Shown: positions 21,581 to 31,336 of the stretch, one piece after another
Numbering within the stretch: position 1 is the first letter of the stretch
How the letters are laid out: each line of letters starts with the position of its first letter
Origin: Candidatus Latescibacterota bacterium
GTDB lineage: Bacteria > Latescibacterota > UBA2968
DNA length: 64,000 nt
Direction: 5' to 3'
Assembly: GCA_965208125.1 (NCBI GenBank)
Contig: OZ242320.1
Span: 1,632,001-1,696,000 of the forward strand
Made by a program: the position numbers and the translations under genes
Notes under the pieces: model-generated
What the model was told of the DNA's origin: nothing
What the model saw: the letters and a program-made list of their open reading frames with translations, nothing else
The model's database searches: none

Positions 21581-22516
21581 ATGATCTATCGAACATTTGG
21601 CAAAACCGGATGGCGCGTTTCCGTCGTAGGACTGGGAACATGGAACCTGGGCAACCAGTGGGGCGAGTTGAGCGATCAGGAGGCAACCGATATTATATTA
21701 GCCGCGATTGACAATGGCATGAACCTGCTGGACGCCGCCGAATCCTATGGCATCCCCAACGGCATGAGCGAATTGCGCATCGGCAAAACCCTGACCCCAT
21801 CCATGCGCGACAAACTGATCATCGTGAGTAAAATCGGCAACTGGGGAAGTCGCACCGGAGCGCCTGTGCCAAAGACCGGCGTTGATGCCATTCGCCTGTG
21901 CGGACACGCCTGCCTGGGCCGCATGCAAACCGACCGGATCGACGTCATGTTATGCCATGAAGGTAGCATTGAAGACCCAACCGTGTACATCGAAGGATTT
22001 GATATCCTGTGCAAAGAGGGATTTGTTCGCGCCTATGGCATCTCGACAAATAGTCTGGATGTGCTGAAAAACTTCTACGAAATATCGAACGGCGTCTGCG
22101 CCGTAGTAGAAGTGGATTACTCCCTGATCAATCGCGAACCAGAAGCGGGATTTCTCGATTACTGCACAGAAAAAAATCTGGGCATCCTCGTGCGAGGTCC
22201 ATTGGCCAAAGGCGTCTTATCCGGCAAATACAACCGCGAAAGCGTATTTGGCGACACCGTGCGCGACGACTGGAACCCGGGACAATCCGATCGCGAAGAA
22301 TACGAAGACATGCTCGACAAGCTGGAAGCGATCAGAGAAGCCATTGGAGATGATTCAAAACTGGTAGAAACCGCTCTCCGGTATGTCATCTCGCACAAAT
22401 CCAATCCCGTCGTCATTCCCGGCGCGACAAAAGTCGAACAAGTAATAGACAATGCGCGGGCAGGTGCCGCCTTGCTGGAAGAGGACCTGTATCGAAACCT
22501 GTCAGCAAGCCATTGA
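21581..22516 (+). CDS. Aldo/keto reductase
   Basis: YRTFGKTG..VS..GLGTW, DAAE.YG, PLAKG.LSGKY, VIPGA; start at 21581 with GGAG RBS. Confidence 0.92.
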   Translation: MIYRTFGKTGWRVSVVGLGTWNLGNQWGELSDQEATDIILAAIDNGMNLLDAAESYGIPNGMSELRIGKTLTPSMRDKLIIVSKIGNWGSRTGAPVPKTGVDAIRLCGHACLGRMQTDRIDVMLCHEGSIEDPTVYIEGFDILCKEGFVRAYGISTNSLDVLKNFYEISNGVCAVVEVDYSLINREPEAGFLDYCTEKNLGILVRGPLAKGVLSGKYNRESVFGDTVRDDWNPGQSDREEYEDMLDKLEAIREAIGDDSKLVETALRYVISHKSNPVVIPGATKVEQVIDNARAGAALLEEDLYRNLSASH

Positions 22517-22584
22517 CTTTTTTTTAGAGCTTTTTAATTTTATTCTATGTTCAGTACTTGCAATGACAAAACAGGAGACGCGGC

Positions 22585-23013
22585 ATGCCACATTCGAAAA
22601 TTACCTCCAGCCACCGGATCACTATCCCCAAGCCGGTGTTTGAAAAACTCGGCCTCAAAGTGGGTGATATGATTGAGGTAATTGAAGAGAATGGAAAAGT
22701 CGTCCTCATACCGCAGCAGATGGTATATAGTCCCCCAAAGCTTTCAAAAAGAGAACAGGAGATTCTCGCACGGGCAAAAGACAAGATCAAGACCATCAAC
22801 GAGGATATGCTTAATTCCAAAGGATTAACCGAGGCAGAGGCCAACGTGGCTGTGAAAACAGGTCTAATCGATCCGGAGCAGAAGTACTGGTGGCTGGAGT
22901 CATGGCAGAGAGGCGAGCGGGAAGCTGAGCGAGACGAGCGGGAGGGTCGATCTTCCAGTACATTTGAAACAGCAGAGGGTCTCCTTACCCACCTTCATAA
23001 ACAGCGTGCATGA
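22585..23013 (+). CDS. AbrB/MazE-family antitoxin
   Basis: RITIPK...LGLKVGD AbrB domain; C-terminal EQ.YWW..WQ.GEREA motif; ATGA overlap with the toxin. Confidence 0.85.
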   Translation: MPHSKITSSHRITIPKPVFEKLGLKVGDMIEVIEENGKVVLIPQQMVYSPPKLSKREQEILARAKDKIKTINEDMLNSKGLTEAEANVAVKTGLIDPEQKYWWLESWQRGEREAERDEREGRSSSTFETAEGLLTHLHKQRA

Positions 23014-23267
23014 AAATCGTCACCGAGAAATCATTTGACCGTGACTATGCGCGGCTGCCACGGAATATCCAGGAGCGCGTTGACAAACAGCTCTCTCTTC
23101 TCTTTGCCAATCCACATCACGGTTCTCTCCAGACCCAGAAGATGCGAGGTCAAGCCGATATCTGGGAAGCCCGCGTCACCGGAAGTTACAGATTCACATT
23201 CAAGATCGTGGGCGATACGTACCGTCTGCGCCGAGTTGGGACTCATGAGATTTATAGAAAGCCGTAA
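23010..23267 (+). CDS. RelE/ParE-superfamily toxin
   Basis: 85 aa; NP.H.SL, WEARV..YR.TF, RRVGTHEIY. Confidence 0.85.
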   Translation: MKIVTEKSFDRDYARLPRNIQERVDKQLSLLFANPHHGSLQTQKMRGQADIWEARVTGSYRFTFKIVGDTYRLRRVGTHEIYRKP

Positions 23268-23314
23268 GAAATGCCTACAGGCCCGCTATTTGGCAATTTT
23301 TTTCACCCACTCAT

Positions 23315-23346
23315 ACACGAGTGGGTTTTTTATTTTACAACATCAC
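23315..23346 (+). terminator. Intrinsic terminator
   Basis: ACCCACTC-loop-GAGTGGGT followed by a T-run. Confidence 0.75.
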
Positions 23347-23379
23347 TCCGCGAGAGGTGAAAAGACAGATTCGGTCTTG

Positions 23380-23408
23380 TTGCATTCTGCTCCCTGACCT
23401 GCTATAAT
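23380..23408 (+). promoter_or_regulatory. Sigma70-type promoter
   Basis: TTGCAT-17 nt-TATAAT, with TG of an extended -10. Confidence 0.65.
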
Positions 23409-23430
23409 AGACATTACGTAAGATGACACA

Positions 23431-23463
23431 CGGGACGGCACAGGGACCGTCCCCTACGATGAT
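23431..23463. repeat. GTAG-type REP-like palindrome
   Basis: Minus strand reads GTAG-GGGACGG-TCCCTGTG-CCGTCCC. Confidence 0.7.
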
Positions 23464-23488
23464 TCATGTTTAAATAAGGAAAAATCAG

Positions 23489-24478
23489 ATGCAAACAAGG
23501 GTTCCTTTTGAAGCATTAAAAGAAGCATTTGTCGCGGCACTCCTGAAAGCGGGATTGTCGAAGGACCGCGCGGAATTATGCGGGCGATTATTCGCAGAAA
23601 ATCAGCGCGACGGCGTCTATTCCCATGGCCTGAACCGATTTCCCGGACTACTGGCAAAACTGAGTGAAGGGCGATTAGACGGCACAGCCGAACCCGAATG
23701 CGTAAAAGCGTTCGGCGTCTTAGAACAATGGGATGGCAAAATGGGAATAGGGCTGGTCAATGCACATCTCGCAATGGGACGCGCAATAGAACTCGCAAAA
23801 GCAAACGGCATGGGATGCATAGGCTTGCGCAACACCAATCACTGGATGCGCGCAGGCGCTTATGGCCTGCAAGCTGCCGACGCGGGATGCATCGGCATGT
23901 GCTGGACCAACACAACCCCGCTCATGCCACCCTGGGGCGCAACTGAAAAACGCATTGGAAATAACCCAATGACAATGGCCATCCCGAGAAAAGAGGGACA
24001 TATCCTCCTGGACATGGCGATGAGCCAGTATTCCAATGGCAAATTAGAAGTCTTGCAAGCGCGAGGAGAAACCCTGCCCATCGCCGGCGGATTTGACACA
24101 GAGGGCAATTTGACATGCGACCCCGGCGCCATACTCGATTCAAAACGCGCCCTTCCAATAGGCTACTGGAAAGGATCGGCACTCGCGATCGTACTCGACA
24201 CCCTCGCCGCGCTATTATCAGCCGGTCAAACAACGCACGACATAGGCGCGCAGGGCGATGAACACGCCGTATCCCAAACCTACATTGCAATTGACGTCAC
24301 CTCACTAAACGGACGTGAACTGTGTGAACGCATTGTAAACGGCATCATTGACGACCTGCATGAAGTTCACGAATCCGCGCGCTATCCCGGCGAAGGCATG
24401 TTGCGGATACGGCGCGAGAGTCTAAAAAAAGGGGTGGTGGTAGAGGAGGATCAGTGGGAGGAATTGTTAAGGATATAA
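23489..24478 (+). CDS. yiaK: 3-dehydro-L-gulonate 2-dehydrogenase / 2,3-diketo-L-gulonate reductase (Ldh_2 family)
   Basis: DGVYSHGLNRFP, NTNHWMR, CWTNT...MPPWG, LPIGYWKGS. Confidence 0.88.
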   Translation: MQTRVPFEALKEAFVAALLKAGLSKDRAELCGRLFAENQRDGVYSHGLNRFPGLLAKLSEGRLDGTAEPECVKAFGVLEQWDGKMGIGLVNAHLAMGRAIELAKANGMGCIGLRNTNHWMRAGAYGLQAADAGCIGMCWTNTTPLMPPWGATEKRIGNNPMTMAIPRKEGHILLDMAMSQYSNGKLEVLQARGETLPIAGGFDTEGNLTCDPGAILDSKRALPIGYWKGSALAIVLDTLAALLSAGQTTHDIGAQGDEHAVSQTYIAIDVTSLNGRELCERIVNGIIDDLHEVHESARYPGEGMLRIRRESLKKGVVVEEDQWEELLRI

Positions 24479-24516
24479 CCATTTTTCAAAGCCGAACTTT
24501 TCTCAGGAGTGTTTTT

Positions 24517-25368
24517 ATGTCCAACCCATTATTACCCACGACCAATGCCGACGGCTTGTCCGTCGTACCCATGAGTGAAGAGCAGAAATACATCTTTGAC
24601 CTGAAGGGATGGATCTGTTTGCCCGGCTTGCTAAGTGAAGAAGAACTCATCCCCATACGCGAACACCAGATGAAATTCCTGTACGAACGCGACTCATTGC
24701 CCCCTGATGAACGCGACAATCACGGCGGCGCATCGCAAATCCTACTCGACCACCCGGCTGTGGTCGGTGTATTAAACGAAATCATCTCACATCAGAGACT
24801 GGCAACCGAAGATTGCTACGGATTTCGGTTCGACCATACGTACACCAGCCATCGACGAGCCGGTCACGACAACTTCCGCCCTCATGGCGGAGGTGGATAC
24901 TTCAACTTCTGCGGCAACTCGCACATCTATCAGATGCAACCGGGAAAAATTCACGCGGGATTGATCCGCGTCGTCTGGGAATTGAACGAAGTGCGAAAAG
25001 GCGACGGCACCATGTTCTTATCGGGCAGTCACAAAGCCGCATTCCCGCGCCCCGAAACCCTGAGCGGACGCGAAAGCGACCTGTGGGACACGTATTCCTG
25101 CGCCGCGGGATCCGCACTGATCTTCACCGAAGCCCTGTGTCATACCGGCACAAAATGGGGCAACGAAGAATGGGACCGGTTGAGCCTATTCACCTGTTAC
25201 AACACCGTAAATGCAAAATGGGGCAAAGGATGCCCGCCGCCTGAAGTCATTGCCGCGATGCCCCCAAAGCGACAAACCCTGTTCCGCGGCGTCTGGCACG
25301 GCATGCGCGAAATACCAAATGTGAATAAATACTACGACGAAGCAAATATCGGACGGTACGCAGGATAA
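24517..25368 (+). CDS. PhyH-family dioxygenase-like protein
   Basis: QKY.FDLKG, VVWEL, GSHKA, IFTEALCH; start at 24517. Confidence 0.8.
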   Translation: MSNPLLPTTNADGLSVVPMSEEQKYIFDLKGWICLPGLLSEEELIPIREHQMKFLYERDSLPPDERDNHGGASQILLDHPAVVGVLNEIISHQRLATEDCYGFRFDHTYTSHRRAGHDNFRPHGGGGYFNFCGNSHIYQMQPGKIHAGLIRVVWELNEVRKGDGTMFLSGSHKAAFPRPETLSGRESDLWDTYSCAAGSALIFTEALCHTGTKWGNEEWDRLSLFTCYNTVNAKWGKGCPPPEVIAAMPPKRQTLFRGVWHGMREIPNVNKYYDEANIGRYAG

Positions 25369-25384
25369 AAAACAGGAGCAAATC

Positions 25385-26029
25385 ATGAACGTATTGATCA
25401 CTTCGGGCAAAACAGCACTATCCCGGGCACTGTCAGCGGATTTATCGAAAGAGCACGAAGTCGTATTGACAGATCTCGTAGATGTAAAGACAGATTTCGT
25501 TTTTGTTAAATGCGAACTCGGGCACGAAGGAGAAACAGAAACCCTCGTACAGGGAATGGACGCCATAGTGCATCTCGCGGAACTGCCCGAAGAACTAAAA
25601 AATGACGAACGGGAAATAGACTTCCAAACCCGATGTACTTATAACATCATGCACGCAGCACGGGAGAAAAACGTACCCCACGTCATCTATATCAGTTCCC
25701 TCAGCCTATTCGCGTCCTGCGACCCCAACTGGAACGTCACAGAAGTCTGGGCACCGAGACCCACAACAGAATCGGCACCCATGGCGCGCTACCTGGGTGA
25801 ATTTACCTGCCGGGAATTTGCGCGAGAGCACTCCGTTCGCGTAACCTGCTTGCGATTTGGAGATATAGACAGCGAAAGCGACACGGCATTGACAACAGAA
25901 GACGCAGTAAAAGCCATCGGAAAAGCACTCGTAACAAACGGACCTATGTGGCAGGTATTGCACGTACAATCAGACGTTGAAAATGCCCGGTTCCCCACAA
26001 ACCAGGCAAAGCAGACATTGGGCCTTTAG
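25385..26029 (+). CDS. NAD-dependent epimerase/dehydratase-like protein (degenerate motifs)
   Basis: MNVLIT, DAIVHLA, YISS, CLRFG; the Gly-rich loop and YxxxK are not canonical. Confidence 0.7.
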   Translation: MNVLITSGKTALSRALSADLSKEHEVVLTDLVDVKTDFVFVKCELGHEGETETLVQGMDAIVHLAELPEELKNDEREIDFQTRCTYNIMHAAREKNVPHVIYISSLSLFASCDPNWNVTEVWAPRPTTESAPMARYLGEFTCREFAREHSVRVTCLRFGDIDSESDTALTTEDAVKAIGKALVTNGPMWQVLHVQSDVENARFPTNQAKQTLGL

Positions 26030-26043
26030 ACAATAATGACAAA

Positions 26044-26127
26044 AACCTTCTGGATCGCGGCTCAAAACCATGCCGCGATGACACCGGCCTATCGTCACGC
26101 CTGCATGCCTTAAGCAGGCGTCCAGGG
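26044..26127. repeat. Palindromic repeat doublet
   Basis: Copy of the 9491 hairpin followed by a second hairpin ACGCCTGC...GCAGGCGT. Confidence 0.65.
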
Positions 26128-26177
26128 TCTTGGGTTGCTTTTAACGCTTAATTTGCATGAACAACAATGAGGTAAAC

Positions 26178-26909
26178 ATGAAAGTCGTAATCTACGGAAG
26201 CAACGGCCAGTTGGGACCGCACGTAGTCAAAGCACTGGAAGGACATGTAGATCTGCGCTTAACCGACCTGGAGCCATTTGACACCCCGCACGAAATGATG
26301 ATCGTAGATGTATCAGACCCCGATGCGGTCGCGCGCGCGGCAGAGGGCATGGACGCAATCATCAACCTATCGGTCTTGCGCCCCCACCGCCAGATCGCCT
26401 TTGATGTCAACACCCTGGGATGCTACAACATCATGCGCGCAGCGGTCGCACACGGGATCCCGCGGGTCATCAACACAGGACCGCACTTCACCGTACAGGG
26501 CGCACCCTACGAGGCACTGGATTACAACCTCGGTCCCGATGTCCCCCCCAAACCCAGCACAAATCTGTACGCCCTATCCAAGGGCCTGGGACAAGAAATC
26601 TGCCGAATCTTTGCCGAGCAGAGCGACGTCTATGTATTGTGCTACTTATTCTACATCTTCTGCTATCACGACGACCTGTCGAGACCCGGACTGAACCGCC
26701 CGTTCCTCGTAACCTGGCGAGATGCGTCAGCCGCGTTCTTACCGGGCCTGACCATCGACCTCAAAACCCTGCCCTCGCAATGCGAAGTCTTCAACATCTT
26801 TGCAAACCGACCACACCAGAAATTCTCAAACGAAAAAGCAAAGCACATTCTGGGATGGCAGCCGAAGGATGATCTGACGCATACCTATACAAAGGAAAAC
26901 AGAACATGA
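26178..26909 (+). CDS. NAD-dependent epimerase/dehydratase (uronate dehydrogenase-like)
   Basis: GSNGQLG Rossmann loop, YALSK catalytic motif. Confidence 0.8.
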   Translation: MKVVIYGSNGQLGPHVVKALEGHVDLRLTDLEPFDTPHEMMIVDVSDPDAVARAAEGMDAIINLSVLRPHRQIAFDVNTLGCYNIMRAAVAHGIPRVINTGPHFTVQGAPYEALDYNLGPDVPPKPSTNLYALSKGLGQEICRIFAEQSDVYVLCYLFYIFCYHDDLSRPGLNRPFLVTWRDASAAFLPGLTIDLKTLPSQCEVFNIFANRPHQKFSNEKAKHILGWQPKDDLTHTYTKENRT

Positions 26910-28135
26910 AAATCCGACCCGACCTCGTCCCGGAGACCGAGCGGAACAACCTCGAAGTCATCCAGCTCACGGATGAAACGGTCCCCTCATCACACATCTA
27001 CATGGAAGCGCAGATCTTCACGCCCGACTCCCAGCGGCTAATCATTCACCGATCTGCACATCCCCACGGCTCTGACCCAAAAGACCCGGAGCACCAATTC
27101 CTCATCTGCGACCTCGAAGACCATTGCAGCTTAACGCCCATCACCACCGAACTTGGAGCCACGGGACCATCCATCTCGCCCGATGGCGAATGGCTCTACT
27201 ACTTCGTCAACGAAACAGAGTCTGGAGGCGGACGCCTGACACTCAAGCGCGTCAAAATGGACGGAACAGAACGCGACATCATCTATGTCCTGGACCACCC
27301 CATACCCGATACCGACTTCAGATTGAGCCGACCGTATCCGCTCTCGACAATCTCATCCGATGGCAAGCGCATCGCAATCTCGGGATTCCTCGGCGACGGC
27401 AAAACCGCAGGCGCGCCCTGGGGCCTCCTCGTCTTTGACATTGAAAAACCATCCGTACGCCTGATCTTTCACGGACCCTCCTGGTGCAACATCCACCCAC
27501 AATACACGCGCCAGATGGACCCTATCGCCTCCCACGACATCATGATCCAGGAAAACCACGGCAACACGGCAACACCCGACGGCAGCGTAGAAACGCTCGT
27601 CAGTGGGCAGGGCGCAGACATCCACCTGATCCGTGACGACGGCACCGCACTGCGCGACTTTCCCTGGGGACGGGACGGAAACGAATTCTGCCAGGGGCAT
27701 CAATGCTGGCAGGGACAAAGCGACATCGCCATCACCAGCACCAGCACACGCGAACCCGCCGAAAGACAACTCATCTCCGGACGCGCTGCGCCTCACGTCG
27801 GCGACGAAGGCATCAACACCCCGGGTGGCTGGCGAAACGACCTGTCCCGATCCTTCGACGCGCCCGACTTCTGCCACTTCGCAACAGACATCGACGGAAA
27901 GCGGTTAATCACAGACGCAGGTCCAATAGATGCGGGCGGAGCCGTCTGGCTATTCGACCTCCCCGAAGAAAAGGAAGGCGCGCTCGCAAACGCGCGGAAA
28001 GTCGCAGACCCCGGATCGTCCTGGCAAAAGCACACACACATCCATCCCTTTCTCTCTCCGGATGGACAGTCGGGCTTCTTCAACTCCGATGAAAGCGGAA
28101 CATTACAGGCGTATATGGTGCGCGGTTGGTCTTAA
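26906..28135 (+). CDS. Oligogalacturonate lyase-like beta-propeller protein (gene A below)
   Basis: HIY....FTPD N-terminal motif, SPDG repeats, C-terminal HIHPFLSPDG...FNSD. Confidence 0.7.
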   Translation: MKIRPDLVPETERNNLEVIQLTDETVPSSHIYMEAQIFTPDSQRLIIHRSAHPHGSDPKDPEHQFLICDLEDHCSLTPITTELGATGPSISPDGEWLYYFVNETESGGGRLTLKRVKMDGTERDIIYVLDHPIPDTDFRLSRPYPLSTISSDGKRIAISGFLGDGKTAGAPWGLLVFDIEKPSVRLIFHGPSWCNIHPQYTRQMDPIASHDIMIQENHGNTATPDGSVETLVSGQGADIHLIRDDGTALRDFPWGRDGNEFCQGHQCWQGQSDIAITSTSTREPAERQLISGRAAPHVGDEGINTPGGWRNDLSRSFDAPDFCHFATDIDGKRLITDAGPIDAGGAVWLFDLPEEKEGALANARKVADPGSSWQKHTHIHPFLSPDGQSGFFNSDESGTLQAYMVRGWS

Positions 28136-28141
28136 ACAAAA

Positions 28142-30088
28142 TTGAAAGGAGATACCAAATTGATTCCCCGACAAGTGCTATTCGGCAACCCGGAAAAATC
28201 CATGGCTCGGATCAGTCCCGACGGCGAGTATCTGAGCTACCTCGCGCCAGTGGATGGCGTCTTGAACGTCTGGATCGCCACAGTAGAAGATCCTGACTCA
28301 GCCAGACCGATCACCAAAGACGCGGAACGCGGCATCCGCTACTACGACTGGACCTATGATGGCCAGCACATCCTGTACTACCAGGATGCAAAGGGCGATG
28401 AAGACTGGCATGTGTACGCCACCAATATCGCCACAGGCGAGACCCGAGACCTGACGCCCTTTGAAAAAGTCAACGCGCAGATTCTCTCGGTCAATGAAAA
28501 GACGCCCAACGAAATCCTGGTCGGCATCAACAACCGCAATCCGCAGCTACACGACGTCTATCGAATCGAGCTTTCCACTGGCGAGCGGACCCTCGTCGAA
28601 GAGAATCCGGGCTTTGTCTCTTACCTGTTCGACAACGACGACCGCACGCGTTTTGCCATGACATTTTCGCCGACCGGGGGACAGGAGATCCTCCGACGGG
28701 ACGAGAACAACCAGTGGCAACCCTTCATAGAGGTCCCCAACACCGACGCCCTGACGACCTATCTGACCGGCTTCGACAAATCAAACCAGATCCTCTATAT
28801 GATCGACAGCCGCAAGCGAAACACAGCCGCCTTGTTCACCCTCGATCTGGAATCTGGCAAACAAGAACTGGTGGCCGAGGACGACCGCGCGGATGTGGGC
28901 GGGATATTGGTTCATCCGACAGAGAAACATGTGCAAGCCGTGTCGTTCATTTACGACCGCAACCGCTGGCACGTGCTGGACCCGGCGATACAAGAGGACC
29001 TGGATTACTTGCACGCGGTGGAAGACGGCGAATTGTCCATCACCAGCCGCACGCTCGACGACCGCTTGTGGACAGTGGCCTACGTCCTGGACAACGGGCC
29101 GGTCAAATACTACCTGTACGACCGCACCAGAAAGCAGGCGAATTACCTGTTCAGCAACCGCACGGACCTGGACGAATACCAACTGGCCAGGATGCATTCG
29201 CTGAACATCAAATCCCGCGACGGATGGAATCTGGTCAGCTATCTGACGCTCCCCCCCGACAGCGCCCCCGACGGCGACGCTCGGCCGAGCAATCCGGTAC
29301 CGCTGGTTTTACTGGTTCACGGGGGTCCCTGGGGACGCGACATCTGGGGCTACGATCCGCAGCATCAATGGCTGTCAAACCGCGGTTACGCCGTGCTGAG
29401 CGTCAACTTCCGCGGCTCGACCGGCTTCGGCAAGGAATTCACCAACGCCGGCAATGGCGAGTGGGCCGGCAAAATGCACGACGACCTGATTGACGCTGTC
29501 AACTGGGCGATCCGCGAAAAGATCACGCAGCGCGACCAGGTGGCGATAATGGGCGGCAGCTACGGCGGATACGCGACCCTGGTCGGATTGACCTTCACCC
29601 CCGAGACATTCGTCTGCGGCGTCGATATTGTCGGCCCGAGCAACCTCGTCACGCTACTACAAAACGTGCCGCCTTATTGGGTTCCGATCCTGCCGATGAT
29701 GAAAGACCGCGTAGGTGACTGGACCACAGAGGAGGGCCAGCAATCCTTGCTGGACAAATCACCGCTCGCGCGCGTAGATCAGATCCAGCGGCCGCTGCTG
29801 ATCGGCCAGGGAGCCAACGACCCGCGCGTCAAGCAAGTCGAATCCGATCAAATCGTCGAGGCGATGAAACAAAAAAACATCCCCGTGACCTACGTGCTTT
29901 ATCCGGACGAAGGGCACGGATTCGCACGACCGGAAAACCGATTGTCGTTTTACGCCGTCGCTGAGGCGTTCTTATCTGAGCACCTGAGCGGACGGTTTGA
30001 ACCGGTCGGAGAGGACTTTCAAGGATCGAAAATTCAGGTACCAGAAGGCGCGGACCAGGTCCCCGGACTTCAGACGGCCCTGACGTAA
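28142..30088 (+). CDS. S9 family peptidase (acylaminoacyl/dipeptidyl peptidase)
   Basis: VHGGPW, GGSYGG nucleophile, NDPRV, DEGHGF; start may be the TTG at 28160. Confidence 0.95.
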   Translation: MKGDTKLIPRQVLFGNPEKSMARISPDGEYLSYLAPVDGVLNVWIATVEDPDSARPITKDAERGIRYYDWTYDGQHILYYQDAKGDEDWHVYATNIATGETRDLTPFEKVNAQILSVNEKTPNEILVGINNRNPQLHDVYRIELSTGERTLVEENPGFVSYLFDNDDRTRFAMTFSPTGGQEILRRDENNQWQPFIEVPNTDALTTYLTGFDKSNQILYMIDSRKRNTAALFTLDLESGKQELVAEDDRADVGGILVHPTEKHVQAVSFIYDRNRWHVLDPAIQEDLDYLHAVEDGELSITSRTLDDRLWTVAYVLDNGPVKYYLYDRTRKQANYLFSNRTDLDEYQLARMHSLNIKSRDGWNLVSYLTLPPDSAPDGDARPSNPVPLVLLVHGGPWGRDIWGYDPQHQWLSNRGYAVLSVNFRGSTGFGKEFTNAGNGEWAGKMHDDLIDAVNWAIREKITQRDQVAIMGGSYGGYATLVGLTFTPETFVCGVDIVGPSNLVTLLQNVPPYWVPILPMMKDRVGDWTTEEGQQSLLDKSPLARVDQIQRPLLIGQGANDPRVKQVESDQIVEAMKQKNIPVTYVLYPDEGHGFARPENRLSFYAVAEAFLSEHLSGRFEPVGEDFQGSKIQVPEGADQVPGLQTALT

Positions 30089-30099
30089 ATGAGAACCAC

Positions 30100-31065
30100 A
30101 TGCCAATCTCCCTCAACCCCATCCGCGACGACCTGATCACCTGGGCGGAATCCCTCCATCTCCCGGACACCGGAGCCTTCCGCAATGGCGACGCACCTGT
30201 GCCCAGCCTTCCCAGCACCCTCTTCATCACCTATATTTTATACAGCATAAACGCGCTCGACGCAGTCGTGCTTAACCGCACAAAATGGATCGCCTGGATC
30301 CTGTCACAACAAAGCGAACAAGACGGATCCTTTGCCTTCCCACCCTCAGACAGGCGAGGGATCGCCCTCTGGAACGCAGTTCGCGCACTCAACATACTGG
30401 GCGCCCAGATCCTCCGATTCCCCGACGACCAGCGCAACGCAACAACCGTCACCGGACTCCACCAGTGGTTCAAAACGTGGAAAGCATCTGGCGACACCCA
30501 TCACGAGGTCCTCGCGCGCGTACCCATGCTCGTCAGCCATCCAGACCCCGCGTGGGCCAACGCTTTCTTCGACGAACTCGCCGCACAACAGCACCCCGCG
30601 CTCGGAACATGGCCCGCTGAAGGACCCACCAACATCAGCCGCACATTTGCCTACAGCCTGATCTACACAGGAATGGACAAACTCCCGCCACAACCTGAGA
30701 AAATTATAGATGCCATGCTAACTCTCCAGGAGAAAAACGGCTTCTGGCACGGACGTCCCAACTTTTCAACCATGGACGCGGTCTATCTCCTATCCCGACT
30801 GCCAAAAGCCACCGGGTGGCGCGAGACAGAAGCAAACGCCGCGCTACACCGCACAGCAGATGCACTCATCCCCTATTACAAAGCGCACGCAGAACGCGAC
30901 AAGCAGGACACCCATCAATTCGCGGCCACCGTACAAACACTCGCCCTGCTATACGAAGCATTGCCCCGGCGATTTACAACATCGCACCCGTGGCGATTCG
31001 GATGGAGCAACAAAGCGTTCTGGCAATGCCGCGTAATCAAAGAGAAACTAACCGTCCATTATTAA
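30100..31065 (+). CDS. Hypothetical protein with prenyltransferase/QW-like alpha-toroid repeats (gene B below)
   Basis: Repeated Q...G.F/W motifs (SQQSEQDGSF, QQHPALGTW, LQEKNGFW). Confidence 0.6.
   Translation: MPISLNPIRDDLITWAESLHLPDTGAFRNGDAPVPSLPSTLFITYILYSINALDAVVLNRTKWIAWILSQQSEQDGSFAFPPSDRRGIALWNAVRALNILGAQILRFPDDQRNATTVTGLHQWFKTWKASGDTHHEVLARVPMLVSHPDPAWANAFFDELAAQQHPALGTWPAEGPTNISRTFAYSLIYTGMDKLPPQPEKIIDAMLTLQEKNGFWHGRPNFSTMDAVYLLSRLPKATGWRETEANAALHRTADALIPYYKAHAERDKQDTHQFAATVQTLALLYEALPRRFTTSHPWRFGWSNKAFWQCRVIKEKLTVHY
30922..31041 (+). repeat. Direct repeat copy 1 (3' end of gene B)
   Basis: 116/120 nt identical to 33417-33536. Confidence 0.95.
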
Positions 31066-31069
31066 CACA

Positions 31070-31261
31070 CGAAAACGGGTCAAGTCCAAGATACGAACAC
31101 TGGATGAGGCCCAGTTCCCAACGGCATTCGGCTTGGCGATGGAAGCAGAGGAATACACACAGGTAAGGGAGAAGCAGGTCAAAGAGGCACTATCGGACAT
31201 GGAGCATCTGGGGCTGGACGATCTACTGATGAACCTGATGACCTCAGCATGGACATTATAG
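31070..31261 (+). pseudogene. Start-less gene fragment (RKRVKSKIRTLDEAQF...SAWTL)
   Basis: About 63 open codons with protein-like composition and no RBS or start; identity unknown. Confidence 0.35.
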
Positions 31262-31281
31262 ATCAAGAACAGAACGCAGAC

Positions 31282-31336
31282 AGGACCTGGTCTGGGGATC
31301 GAACTCGACGAAAGCGGTCGTCAATAAACATCGTGC
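31282..31336 (+). repeat. Degenerate copy of the 3' end of gene C (34651-34720), continuing at 32619-32634 after the IS
   Basis: 30/31 nt identity at the start; TAAGGTTGCGTAAAA resumes after the IS. Confidence 0.9.
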
